DNA from: a virus
Lineage: Duplodnaviria > Caudoviricetes
DNA: 55,777 nt
Reading direction: 5' to 3' (one strand)
IMG/VR virus record: IMGVR_UViG_3300025280_000039
Span: 1-55,777 of that record
In this document: positions 17,523 through 26,762 of the stretch, one piece after another
Position numbering within the stretch: position 1 is the first letter of the stretch
Layout of the letters: every line of letters begins with the position of its first letter
Program-made: the position numbers and the translations under genes
The notes under the pieces: generated by a model
Told to the model about the DNA's origin: nothing
The model's input: the letters and a program-made list of their open reading frames with translations, nothing else
Databases searched by the model: none

Positions 17523-20500
17523 TATTGTGTGCCATAAATTTTTTGCCACTCTTCTGCCGCAAGAACTTCTTTGGCTCGTCCAACGGCGCTACGTGGACCC
17601 GTGAGGGCTTCACTAACGCTTCCTGGTCTTTCTCCCCCTATGCCAAAAAGACCTTCCGGAACAACGCTTGCGACACCTTGCAGTTTTGGTAAGGCTACTT
17701 GTGCGGCTTTCTCAATGACGGGACCGTATTCCTCAATGGCCCGATCGAGTTGCTCCCCGGAGGCGGAAGTGACATCAATGCCCATTGCGGCGGCGATCAT
17801 ACGAGCTTCTTGAGCCACTCTTTCCCTGAGCTCAAGGAGTGCCGGACCTTGCTTCAACCCCATAAAAGGAGGCAGATTTATATCGATGCCTTGTTCCACG
17901 GCCCTTTGGTACATTCTTCTACCGCCTCGAGTGAGTACCGGCATTTTCCCTTTGCGAGTGACCCCCCAAAAACCGGCGCGTAGATTAGGTTTAAGAAGGC
18001 TGTTCAAAAACCATTTCTGACGCATGATACGACCCACGGTGTAAATGCTGGCCGCTTCCCCGGCAAACGCAAGCGGGTTAGTCAGGAATCTGACAAAAGC
18101 ACCGGCAGCAAACGCCGCTGGCGCTAAAGCTGCTTGGCTTTTTAATGCTTTGTTGGAGATGCCTTCTCCAATTCTTGATAGTTTCAGAAGATCGTCAATC
18201 GTGTCTTGTCCTAAGATTTTGCTCAAAGCGCCATTAGAGTTAAGAGTAGTTATGGCTTTCTTCATCGCGGGAGCCCATGCGCCAGTAGCGACTCTGTCAA
18301 GACCAGGCTCCCCCACAATCCCTTCGGGAAAAGCAACCTCCATGATTCTCGCCATTGTCATATCTTTGAAGCCCATAGGAACATCGAGCTCGGTTTCCCC
18401 AAATTCATTTTTTATGCGTTCGTAGTACTTGGGGTTCTTCAACACAGCCGTGACCACTTCGTCAGCGTTACTGAGATTTCCTTTTGCAACGGCTTGGAAA
18501 AACTCATCTTCGCTCTGCTCCAGAGCGGTTTTTGCTACCTGCTGTAAGTTACTTATTTCATCCGCTAGGGTTCGACCGCCTACTATGTCTTCAGCTCCGG
18601 CCCTTAGAGCCGCGCCTTCTGCCGTTTGTATAGGGGCAGCCGCTTCCTCTACAAACCGCTTATTGTTAAAGCCCATCCGGTAGTAATCCCGGGTAAGCTC
18701 CCTAATGGCGGCAGCCTTCGTATCTCCAAACAGGAGGTTTTGCATTTCCAGGTCAAGACCGTCAAATTTTGTTGCGAAGCTTGGTCCTGAAAAAACCCCA
18801 TTTTTCAAGGAGCTTCTTTCCGCTTGTTTTAACCATTCTGCTGCAAGCCTATCCCTTGCTGCGTGTTTAAACTTTTCTGGGTTAGCTCGTTGGGCAGCGT
18901 ATCTTCCAAAGGTTTCTAGAGTTTCTTCGAATTGTTCAGTTAGTAAAACTCGATACGCATCGTTTCGTGGTAAGTTTTCTACAAAATCAGGTATTCTTTT
19001 AATTACTTCTTCAGTTAACCCAGCGTTTGCGAGAACTTCATTGGCTTGTTTAATTTGACCTTGTTTAGCGAAAGCTGCTGCTTGTAGAAATACCCTCTCA
19101 TTAGTTCCCGCTAAAAGACCTGCTTTGCTTGTAGAAGGAGTAACTCTATCTAGGAAAAATTTAAGTTTATCAGCACTCCCGGGAGTAACTATTGCCTCCA
19201 GTACATCTTTGTCTGCGACAGTTACTCCGGTTTTAATATCTTTAAAGAGTTTTTCAGTAGAAAAAGCTGTGAATTTTTCCATTCCCTCAGAGTAGAACTT
19301 GTCGGCTTGTTTTCTAGCATGCAAACCTTTTGCAAAAAGGGCCGCCGTCTCTTTGTCAAACCCCGGAGGATACTTATTATTTACTTTAAACTCATTAAGA
19401 TATCCTAGTTTGTCGTCTACAGTTTCGTTAATTGATTTTATTATTTTGCCAATATGGCGATCACTAACTGCCGGCATTAAACTAGGATCTTTTCCGGTAA
19501 GTTGTAAAGCGGAACGTAAAGACATTAGTTCCTTAAATGAGAAATCTTCTTCTCTTCCCAGCATTTTTTTGAAAAAGCTTGAGTTAAAAAGATCTCCGCT
19601 AATATCCTTGGCCATTCTGGTGTCATCTCTAACTTCCGTAACTGCTTTTTTTATTAGCTCAGGAGAAAACCTAACTAAACTTTGTCCTCGCGAATCTACA
19701 ACTTGGTCAAAAAGGTCATCCGCTTTTCGGTACAGCCAAGCTGAATCTTGGTCAAAAAGTCTTCCGGCATCTGAAAGAGCCTGAAGCCATGTTGTAGTCA
19801 CACCTTCAGTTGGGTTGTAGAAATCTCTAATTAACCTAAATTCATTTTCTATAACTTTTTCCAAATGCCGGTATGCTAATTTAGACGCTTCGTCTACATT
19901 AGCTTCCTTCATATAGGCATTGATGTTTTTACTGATTTGCGCGGAAACATCATCGAGTATTCGCTTACTGGCCCCAACGGAAACGCCATCGTCATCGAGC
20001 ATGTTAAGACGCTCTCTGACATACCTGAAGTTTTTCTCGGCAGCCGCGTTATTGGGAAAGATACCCTCATAAATCGCTTGTATTCTTCCCGTGATAGCTT
20101 TGCCGCTAATGGTACGTATAGTCGGCCTTGCGCCTTCTTTTATGGCTTCTCGATAAAGGCCCTTGGATTTTTCTCTAGCAAGAATCGCAGCCTGTTTGTT
20201 TGAAAATCCCTGCCTTTTAAAAGCGTCAACTGCAACGGGATCTACGACCGGACCCTTCCCTTTCAGTAGATATCGTCCTATGCCAAAAAGAGCGCGTCCA
20301 ACGCCCTCGCCTAAACCATAATATAAGCCCCACTTGCCGATATCTCCGTATATCTCTTCATCGGTCTGCTTTTGATGACCTTCTGCTTTTTCAACTATCA
20401 GTTCATCAATCGCCTTTCCGCCAGCGCCAGCAGCGGCCATAAAAAGCATTGAAGGAATTATCCCAGTACCACCGGTAAGAACCCCTACACCAAGGGCCAT

Positions 20501-21052
20501 GCCTAGGGGTAGGGCTTCCTCACCAAAAAAGGTAGCCACGTCATACCCGCTAAACCCGGGTTGGTTGACCATGATTGTGCCTTCCTCTGGAAGGCCGTGA
20601 TCTTCTTTGATTTGCGGGTCTATATTATCCAGCAGCAGTGCATACTGGTTGCCGCCGACATTTTTAAAGGTTCCGGGGCCAAAGCTTTCTGTTAGACGAG
20701 ATTCACGTTCTTCGTTGTCGTCAGCCCTTCCATATTTAAAGTGAAACCAAGCGTTCTGTACCTCTCCCTTGTGGTCAGGAACAAAGGAAGTGGAGCCTTC
20801 TTGCCCAGAGAGTTGAGCTCGAGCTTTACGCCGTTGTTTTCTTCTCGCTTGTCTTTGAGCAGATAAAGCTTCAAGATTTGGCAAACCACTCTCTCTTTCT
20901 TGCGGAAGAGACTGAGCCAGTTTCTCCCTAGCGATTTCCTTTACTAAAGAACTAATGTCGCCAAGTTCTTTCTCAGTCGGTTTTTCGCCTCTGATCTCAA
21001 ATTCCGAGAATCCAGACTCGGTCCAAGGAGTTTCTACTTTAATGAGATTCAT
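17522..21052 (-). CDS. large internal virion / DNA ejection protein
   Basis: 1176 aa, helical-looking, Gly/Ala-rich hydrophobic segment; podovirus ejection-gene position. Confidence 0.65.
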   Translation of the reverse strand: MNLIKVETPWTESGFSEFEIRGEKPTEKELGDISSLVKEIAREKLAQSLPQERESGLPNLEALSAQRQARRKQRRKARAQLSGQEGSTSFVPDHKGEVQNAWFHFKYGRADDNEERESRLTESFGPGTFKNVGGNQYALLLDNIDPQIKEDHGLPEEGTIMVNQPGFSGYDVATFFGEEALPLGMALGVGVLTGGTGIIPSMLFMAAAGAGGKAIDELIVEKAEGHQKQTDEEIYGDIGKWGLYYGLGEGVGRALFGIGRYLLKGKGPVVDPVAVDAFKRQGFSNKQAAILAREKSKGLYREAIKEGARPTIRTISGKAITGRIQAIYEGIFPNNAAAEKNFRYVRERLNMLDDDGVSVGASKRILDDVSAQISKNINAYMKEANVDEASKLAYRHLEKVIENEFRLIRDFYNPTEGVTTTWLQALSDAGRLFDQDSAWLYRKADDLFDQVVDSRGQSLVRFSPELIKKAVTEVRDDTRMAKDISGDLFNSSFFKKMLGREEDFSFKELMSLRSALQLTGKDPSLMPAVSDRHIGKIIKSINETVDDKLGYLNEFKVNNKYPPGFDKETAALFAKGLHARKQADKFYSEGMEKFTAFSTEKLFKDIKTGVTVADKDVLEAIVTPGSADKLKFFLDRVTPSTSKAGLLAGTNERVFLQAAAFAKQGQIKQANEVLANAGLTEEVIKRIPDFVENLPRNDAYRVLLTEQFEETLETFGRYAAQRANPEKFKHAARDRLAAEWLKQAERSSLKNGVFSGPSFATKFDGLDLEMQNLLFGDTKAAAIRELTRDYYRMGFNNKRFVEEAAAPIQTAEGAALRAGAEDIVGGRTLADEISNLQQVAKTALEQSEDEFFQAVAKGNLSNADEVVTAVLKNPKYYERIKNEFGETELDVPMGFKDMTMARIMEVAFPEGIVGEPGLDRVATGAWAPAMKKAITTLNSNGALSKILGQDTIDDLLKLSRIGEGISNKALKSQAALAPAAFAAGAFVRFLTNPLAFAGEAASIYTVGRIMRQKWFLNSLLKPNLRAGFWGVTRKGKMPVLTRGGRRMYQRAVEQGIDINLPPFMGLKQGPALLELRERVAQEARMIAAAMGIDVTSASGEQLDRAIEEYGPVIEKAAQVALPKLQGVASVVPEGLFGIGGERPGSVSEALTGPRSAVGRAKEVLAAEEWQKIYGTQ

Positions 21053-21054
21053 AG

Positions 21055-23913
21055 CTAACCTTTAGTAAGCACGTAAACGCCTTTATCATTAAGCTTGTAT
21101 GTTCCCGTAGCATCAAGTATTTCCTGTATTCTGGTCAAGTGCTCTACCGGTACGCTAGTACCAAATTGTCCTTCTTGGGCAGCAAAGGCAAGAATATTTT
21201 CCCGAGTAGGATTGACAACAACTTCTTGCACAGTCGGTCTAGGCAAAGGAAGTCCTGCTTCGTCTGTTTTTATCGGACCCACACTATAAGCTCCCCACTG
21301 ATCTTCAAACTGATTCATTTTGGTAACTGAATTGGTGTAGGATTTCCTAATTCCTAGCTCTATTGCCATCAATCTTTCTTTTAAAACCTCGGGGTCAGCG
21401 AACAGGTAGTCTTCATAAAGACCCACTATCTGTTGTGCCAAGTCTCTGTCTATGTTCGATATGTTTTTAGATCCTTCTCCCAATAACTCCCTAATCAGGA
21501 GGTTAGCAAGACGCTGCTGTTGCATCTCGTACATCGCAATATTCTCTCCGGTTCGCACATTTTCCTCAAACCAGGCCCATAGACTTCTCTGCTCTTTATA
21601 ATCATTAAGACGCTCGTCTGCGTTTCTCCAGTGTTGCTCCTCATGCTCCCCGGCTTTTATAGCTGCTTCCGCGAGTTGTTCGTCAGTGGCGCCTGCCATA
21701 CGGCTACCCAAACTGTTCCCTGCGTCTTCATCTTTTCTTCTCAGCTCCAAGTTGAGAAAGTTCGCACCTTGATTTAAAAGTTTCGCAACGTGCCCCTTAA
21801 AACCCGTGATAGTATAGTCCTCCGCTATATCCAAAGAACTACTTATAAGGCCGAACATATTCAACTGTTTCTGGACGTTCTGAGCGGCTTCATTGTAGTC
21901 TTTCGCCGCTGTCGCATACTGTCTCACTTTCTCTGCTGTATTACCCCCCGCTTGCTTAATAGCTGCTTCTATTACTTCCGTAAAAGCAGTCGCGTTTTTT
22001 ACGCGGGTGTCTATCGCTGCTTGTATTGCTAACTCTCCTCCAAACAATTCCGGATTGCCTTGAACCGTAGAATAAGGAACGTAAGCGATCTTGCCTTTTT
22101 TGTATAGTACGTTTCCGTCCTCGTCCGTGATGTCCCTCACAGGCATTACTTCTATGGGTTTTTTGCCCTCTAATTCCAACGCTCTTGTGTCTTCTCTTCT
22201 CTTGTTGTTCGCGGCAAGCGCGTACTCTGCGGCAGAAAGTTTAATCTGGCGTTCATACTCACGCTTTTCTTTAGCGCCCTCTGTATGATCATCTATTGTG
22301 GCAAGAAACCCGTCCGCTATGTTTTTAATTGCGAAAGGGCTTGTGCCGGCGGCAATCGCCAATCCGGTTTTTACCCAAGCCATTGACTTTTCAAAATCAC
22401 TTGCGCCCTCGTACTCAGGAGCTGTCTCTATAAACTCTTCCTTAAAGGTCTTTAACCAATCTTTCAGATCCTCCGGGTCGTCGTCCTTCGCCGTTGTTAA
22501 TATTCCCTCCGTAACTACTTTCTCACTACTAATAAGTTTTGGTCTAACCCCTTGCTGGCCGCTGTCTTCGTCTTCGGCTTCGTTTTTCAACTTCTTTAAG
22601 TTAGTTTCCGCCTGTTCGGTTAAGTTACTTTGGTCGTCGCTTAAACCGGCTATTATTTTCTTTTTTACCCTAGAGGCTATATGGGATGCTCGTTCGTCTT
22701 CAAAAGCAGAAGAGGCTACCGCAGCTTCGGCTTCATCCTCTTCGGTAAATCGGTCCTCAAGGTCCATATAAGCATTAGGATCTATTACAACAGGTCCTGG
22801 AGCTAACTGAGGAGGTAACATAGCATCTTCGATTCGTTCAGATGTTGTCTTTCCGGTAAATCGGTCCGCGGGATCCCTACCTACAGCATGTCTACCGGCA
22901 CCTATGAACGGTTGACTGTCCGAGCCCCAAGAAATTTGTTCGTCACCTGTTACAAAATCCTGCACGTTCTCGGCAACTGTCGGATCGGGATAATACCGTC
23001 TCACGGGTTCCTTAATACCTGTAGGATCTTGCGCGAAAGGTGGTAAGCCGGTTTGACGTATTAAATTGGCAGCGGCTTCATCACCTAGCTTCATAGCTTC
23101 GCCCCTTATCTGCGTGGCCATGTCCGTTGTAGTTGGTCTGCCCACAGCTTGAAGAGCCGCATCATATGGATGCTGATGCTGACCCAGTCCCTCCGACCAT
23201 CCAGTGGCCTGTCTCAACAACTCCCCGGGAACAATCGTCTCGCCAGAATGGAGCGTTGCCGCTCTGCCTGGGTCCTCTCCGGCATACGCGATCGGATCGG
23301 CAACATAATCATAACGTGCTTGTAGGGCTTCTTGTGACGGGGGCTGAGTTGCGCCTATTTCCAAAGCTACTTCGCCACCGGGAAAATCAAGAGCATTTGC
23401 CTGCGCCGAACCGGATTCGCCTAATGTAAATGTCTCCTCACCAGGCCCTGGTAGCACGTCGCCTGACCAAAGAGCATCTTGTGCATCTAGGCCACGACGC
23501 CAAGCTTCTTTTGCCGTTCCGGCTGCTACGTCCGTTACTTCTTGAACAAGACTGGCGGCATTATCTAGACTTTCTCCCGTCACACTGGCCACATGCGTAA
23601 CTACCTGCTCAAATGTTTTGGCACCAGCGGCAAACGCCTGCTGTATTAACTGAGACAACTGAGCTCGACGTTGTTTTGCGTTTTCCGCACTTCTTTGGCT
23701 GAACTCAGCGATTGTGCCACCTAATGCCTGCGGAGGAGTGCCCATAGCAAGACCCCCGGTTTGAAAATTAACCGGTCCACCCTCGTTCATGGTCACTGAA
23801 TCTATGAGAGGCGAAGAGGAAGCCAGGATGCCTGCCGCTTGACTGGGAGGGACGAGCCCCCCACCACGGAACATCATACGGTTAGCCAGGATTGATTTAA
23901 TAAGCTTTGCCAT
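21055..23913 (-). CDS. internal virion / ejection protein
   Basis: 952 aa; GLAIAAGTSP..IKNIADG motif; synteny. Confidence 0.6.
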   Translation of the reverse strand: MAKLIKSILANRMMFRGGGLVPPSQAAGILASSSPLIDSVTMNEGGPVNFQTGGLAMGTPPQALGGTIAEFSQRSAENAKQRRAQLSQLIQQAFAAGAKTFEQVVTHVASVTGESLDNAASLVQEVTDVAAGTAKEAWRRGLDAQDALWSGDVLPGPGEETFTLGESGSAQANALDFPGGEVALEIGATQPPSQEALQARYDYVADPIAYAGEDPGRAATLHSGETIVPGELLRQATGWSEGLGQHQHPYDAALQAVGRPTTTDMATQIRGEAMKLGDEAAANLIRQTGLPPFAQDPTGIKEPVRRYYPDPTVAENVQDFVTGDEQISWGSDSQPFIGAGRHAVGRDPADRFTGKTTSERIEDAMLPPQLAPGPVVIDPNAYMDLEDRFTEEDEAEAAVASSAFEDERASHIASRVKKKIIAGLSDDQSNLTEQAETNLKKLKNEAEDEDSGQQGVRPKLISSEKVVTEGILTTAKDDDPEDLKDWLKTFKEEFIETAPEYEGASDFEKSMAWVKTGLAIAAGTSPFAIKNIADGFLATIDDHTEGAKEKREYERQIKLSAAEYALAANNKRREDTRALELEGKKPIEVMPVRDITDEDGNVLYKKGKIAYVPYSTVQGNPELFGGELAIQAAIDTRVKNATAFTEVIEAAIKQAGGNTAEKVRQYATAAKDYNEAAQNVQKQLNMFGLISSSLDIAEDYTITGFKGHVAKLLNQGANFLNLELRRKDEDAGNSLGSRMAGATDEQLAEAAIKAGEHEEQHWRNADERLNDYKEQRSLWAWFEENVRTGENIAMYEMQQQRLANLLIRELLGEGSKNISNIDRDLAQQIVGLYEDYLFADPEVLKERLMAIELGIRKSYTNSVTKMNQFEDQWGAYSVGPIKTDEAGLPLPRPTVQEVVVNPTRENILAFAAQEGQFGTSVPVEHLTRIQEILDATGTYKLNDKGVYVLTKG

Positions 23914-23927
23914 TTTAAGTATTCGCG

Positions 23928-24959
23928 TTAGGTGGGGGTAAAGAAACTACCCAAGGGATTTCCTAGAGCTTCATTCAACTTAATGCCGGCGATACCTGCG
24001 CCAATGCCTTGGGATAAGAAACTTGGTGAAGGAGCCGTTGACGCAGCCAACGTGGATTGACCGCTACCTATTTGAGGTTTGAATATGTCGCTCATAAAGC
24101 TTAGTCGCTGGAAGGGCTCGCCTTGCTGCTGTAACTGGGACTGTCGCGCTGCATCGAGTTCTCGTTGCGCTTGAGTCTGACCCAGTGCGCCCAGTTGTGA
24201 CTGGATCTGTGCTTGCTGGCCGATTAAGCCTTGGCCGGCACTGGCAATCCCTAGCTGCTGGGCGCCAAGCTGCCCTATGCCCTGAGCGCCAAGAATGCCT
24301 GTTTGAGCCTGCCCTTGGCCAACGTTGGTGAGTAATTGCGAAATGTTCTGTTGGCGCTTCTGTTGATTCTCAAACGCCGTCTGTGCGGCGTTCTGCGCCT
24401 GGTTAAAGTTCCGTGACAAGTCTTCAAAAATGCGACGGCTTTGCAGATCGAGAAGGTTGCGGTTCAGCTCTTGCTGCGCAATCCCCTGCCGGCTACCACC
24501 CAGAGCTCCGGTTGCTGCTGCTTGAGCGCCAAGTTGGTTTTGCTGAAAACTGGCCTGACGCGCCATCTCACGAAGCGCGTCTTGAGTAACCAGTTGCTGG
24601 AACGGGTCCATAAAAGGCGCAACTTGCGTTGCCGGGTCAAACGCACCCCCAGTTGCCTGTGCCGCCTGTGCCGCATCCAGAAGAGATTGCTGCGCTACTG
24701 GTAGTTGCTGCTGCAAGCCAGCAAGACCACCGGCAATGGTCCCTGCACCGGTTTGCAAGAACGGCTGAAACTGGCCGATACCTTGTCCGGTTGCAATCGC
24801 CTGCTGAGTGAGGGGGTCAAGTCCAGCAACCTGTATGGGCGGAATGGCAGCCGGCGTCTGCCCTCGAGCTGCTGTTAGGTCAAGCAGCCTCCTTTGAAAG
24901 TCCTCAAGAAAAGGAGCTTGCCTAAGAATTTGCGATTGGGTTGTGGTATCAGTAGCCAT
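23928..24959 (-). CDS. Gln/Gly-rich internal virion (DNA transfer) protein
   Basis: FMDPFQQLV...GALGGSRQGIAQQE; Q-rich; synteny. Confidence 0.65.
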   Translation of the reverse strand: MATDTTTQSQILRQAPFLEDFQRRLLDLTAARGQTPAAIPPIQVAGLDPLTQQAIATGQGIGQFQPFLQTGAGTIAGGLAGLQQQLPVAQQSLLDAAQAAQATGGAFDPATQVAPFMDPFQQLVTQDALREMARQASFQQNQLGAQAAATGALGGSRQGIAQQELNRNLLDLQSRRIFEDLSRNFNQAQNAAQTAFENQQKRQQNISQLLTNVGQGQAQTGILGAQGIGQLGAQQLGIASAGQGLIGQQAQIQSQLGALGQTQAQRELDAARQSQLQQQGEPFQRLSFMSDIFKPQIGSGQSTLAASTAPSPSFLSQGIGAGIAGIKLNEALGNPLGSFFTPT

Positions 24960-26278
24960 TACGCGACTCTCTCAAATTGGTGCATTAGGTCATACATTCT
25001 CGCGGCACCTCGTTGTCTATTGCCGTTACCTGCGCCCCTGACGGCATCTGCCGTCATGACAAACTCTCCGTCTGAAAGACGGGCCGGGATATCGTCGGAG
25101 GTTCCCGTGCCGGGTCCGCTTATCGCTCCACCGTGCGCCGCAAGCGCGGTCTGGTTTCCAAATTGGCCAAGGTACGCTAAGGCTTCTGACAACGAAATCC
25201 CCGTTGCGTCTGCTATCTGCTGTGCGTTAAATAATGGACCCACGCCGGCTTGTTTAAGGAGATCTTGACCAATCGAGCTCTGCTGGTCTTGCGTGGAAAG
25301 TGCTAGGAATTTGTTGTAAGCTTCAATCTGTGGGTCACCCGCGGCTTGGTTCTCCTCATCTTCTTTCTCATCGAAAGCACCAACAGCCAAAGCGCCGAGG
25401 CCGAGACCACCGCCTATAAGGCCGGCTTGTTGCCAACCGCCAAGGTTACTGAACCAGTTGCCTTTGTCTGGTATCGTTCCGCGTGTAGAGTCACGCAATC
25501 CTCCCACACCTTTAAGAGGGCTTGGCGCGTATTCTCCGGTCCAAAATTTAGGATCACCTCCGCCTCCATGAATACGTGTGTTAATTGGCGCCCTACTTAG
25601 CCCGATGTTAGCGTCACTTAAAGGATGAGCTGCAAGAACCGGTGCTCCAGATGTACGAGCCGCGCCCGGTATTCCTCTCCCCATAGTGGCCCCATAAGCA
25701 CTGCCTAAGGTACCACCGCCAAAAATGCCCTGCTGCCATGCGGCTGATGGTGACCTGAACATCTGTCCTAACGATGATTGAGCACCTTTCATGAACCCTA
25801 CCCCGTTCTTGCCCATACCACCAATGCCGCCCATTAAGGCTTGCGTGCCGCCAGCAAACAACCCGGCCATAAGCGCATCTTTGGTCGAACCCCCGGTTAG
25901 TTTAGTCGCCAGAGCTGAAGCAATAGGACCACCCATGCCAGGCAAAATCAGGTTGCCTATGATGGGAGCCGCTATGGGGAGAATCTTCTTGAAAAGCTTC
26001 TTGAAGAAAAACTCAGGCTGCCCTGTTACAGGGTTGATTGAATTCAGGTCATTCCCAACCACGTAACGATTGGGGTCTTCCACCCCCATCATGCGCATCT
26101 GCTGGAACAGAGCTTCCTTTAGCGGGGGGTTGGCTTCTAGAACATCACCAGGAACAACGGTCTCGCCGTCACTGGCGTGAACCATGTAGTTGTCGCCATA
26201 GCGCCCCAAGGTGCCTAAGCCGGTTGCTATTGATTTATAGGTAGGCTCACCAATTAACTTCGGTCCTGTTCTCATCAA
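24959..26278 (-). CDS. internal virion protein (GPGTGTSDDIPARLSDGEFV domain)
   Basis: INPVTGQPEF and GGAISGPGTGTSDDIPARLSDGEFVMTADAV motifs common in phage virion proteins. Confidence 0.65.
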   Translation of the reverse strand: MMRTGPKLIGEPTYKSIATGLGTLGRYGDNYMVHASDGETVVPGDVLEANPPLKEALFQQMRMMGVEDPNRYVVGNDLNSINPVTGQPEFFFKKLFKKILPIAAPIIGNLILPGMGGPIASALATKLTGGSTKDALMAGLFAGGTQALMGGIGGMGKNGVGFMKGAQSSLGQMFRSPSAAWQQGIFGGGTLGSAYGATMGRGIPGAARTSGAPVLAAHPLSDANIGLSRAPINTRIHGGGGDPKFWTGEYAPSPLKGVGGLRDSTRGTIPDKGNWFSNLGGWQQAGLIGGGLGLGALAVGAFDEKEDEENQAAGDPQIEAYNKFLALSTQDQQSSIGQDLLKQAGVGPLFNAQQIADATGISLSEALAYLGQFGNQTALAAHGGAISGPGTGTSDDIPARLSDGEFVMTADAVRGAGNGNRQRGAARMYDLMHQFERVA

Positions 26279-26595
26279 GAAAGCTCCAATACGCTAGCAA
26301 AGACGTAAATTTTACTTGCGGTGTCGCAATTTAATTGCAGCGTATCGCCGGCCTCGAGGACAAAAGGACCGGTGAGAGACGTTTCGGCGTCTGACGCCAT
26401 GCTGGTACTATCCAGCGTTATCAATGTCGAGGCGGAGCTATCGTTTATTTTAGTCAAAACAACGATTGCCCCACTATGACTATTGAACAAATTGATGTTT
26501 TTTACAATAGCCTCAGTGGCCGAGGGGCAGGTGTATATGGTGACATTTCCGGTCGCCCCTACCAAAGCAGCCGCATTTTTGTAGGCGGAGGCCAT
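26275..26595 (-). CDS. small virion structural protein
   Basis: TIYTCPS...LEAGDTL beta-rich pattern; coupled in operon. Confidence 0.6.
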   Translation of the reverse strand: MASAYKNAAALVGATGNVTIYTCPSATEAIVKNINLFNSHSGAIVVLTKINDSSASTLITLDSTSMASDAETSLTGPFVLEAGDTLQLNCDTASKIYVFASVLELS

Positions 26596-26762
26596 TACTC
26601 AATGAACCAGGTCATTGAGTTGGTGTCATCCACGCCGCTGACTATTTCGGGGAACTCAATCTTGGTCAGGGCCATCTCCAAATCCCTCATGATTCTGGCG
26701 AAAACGTCAGGATCGTAGATTTCAGGGACTTCAGGGAAATTATGGTCAAGTAGGGAAGCCAT
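26595..26762 (-). CDS. small hypothetical protein (55 aa, not in ORF track)
   Basis: MASLLDHNFPEVPEIYDPDVFARIMRDLEMALTKIEF...; 1-nt overlaps with both neighbours. Confidence 0.6.
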   Translation of the reverse strand: MASLLDHNFPEVPEIYDPDVFARIMRDLEMALTKIEFPEIVSGVDDTNSMTWFIE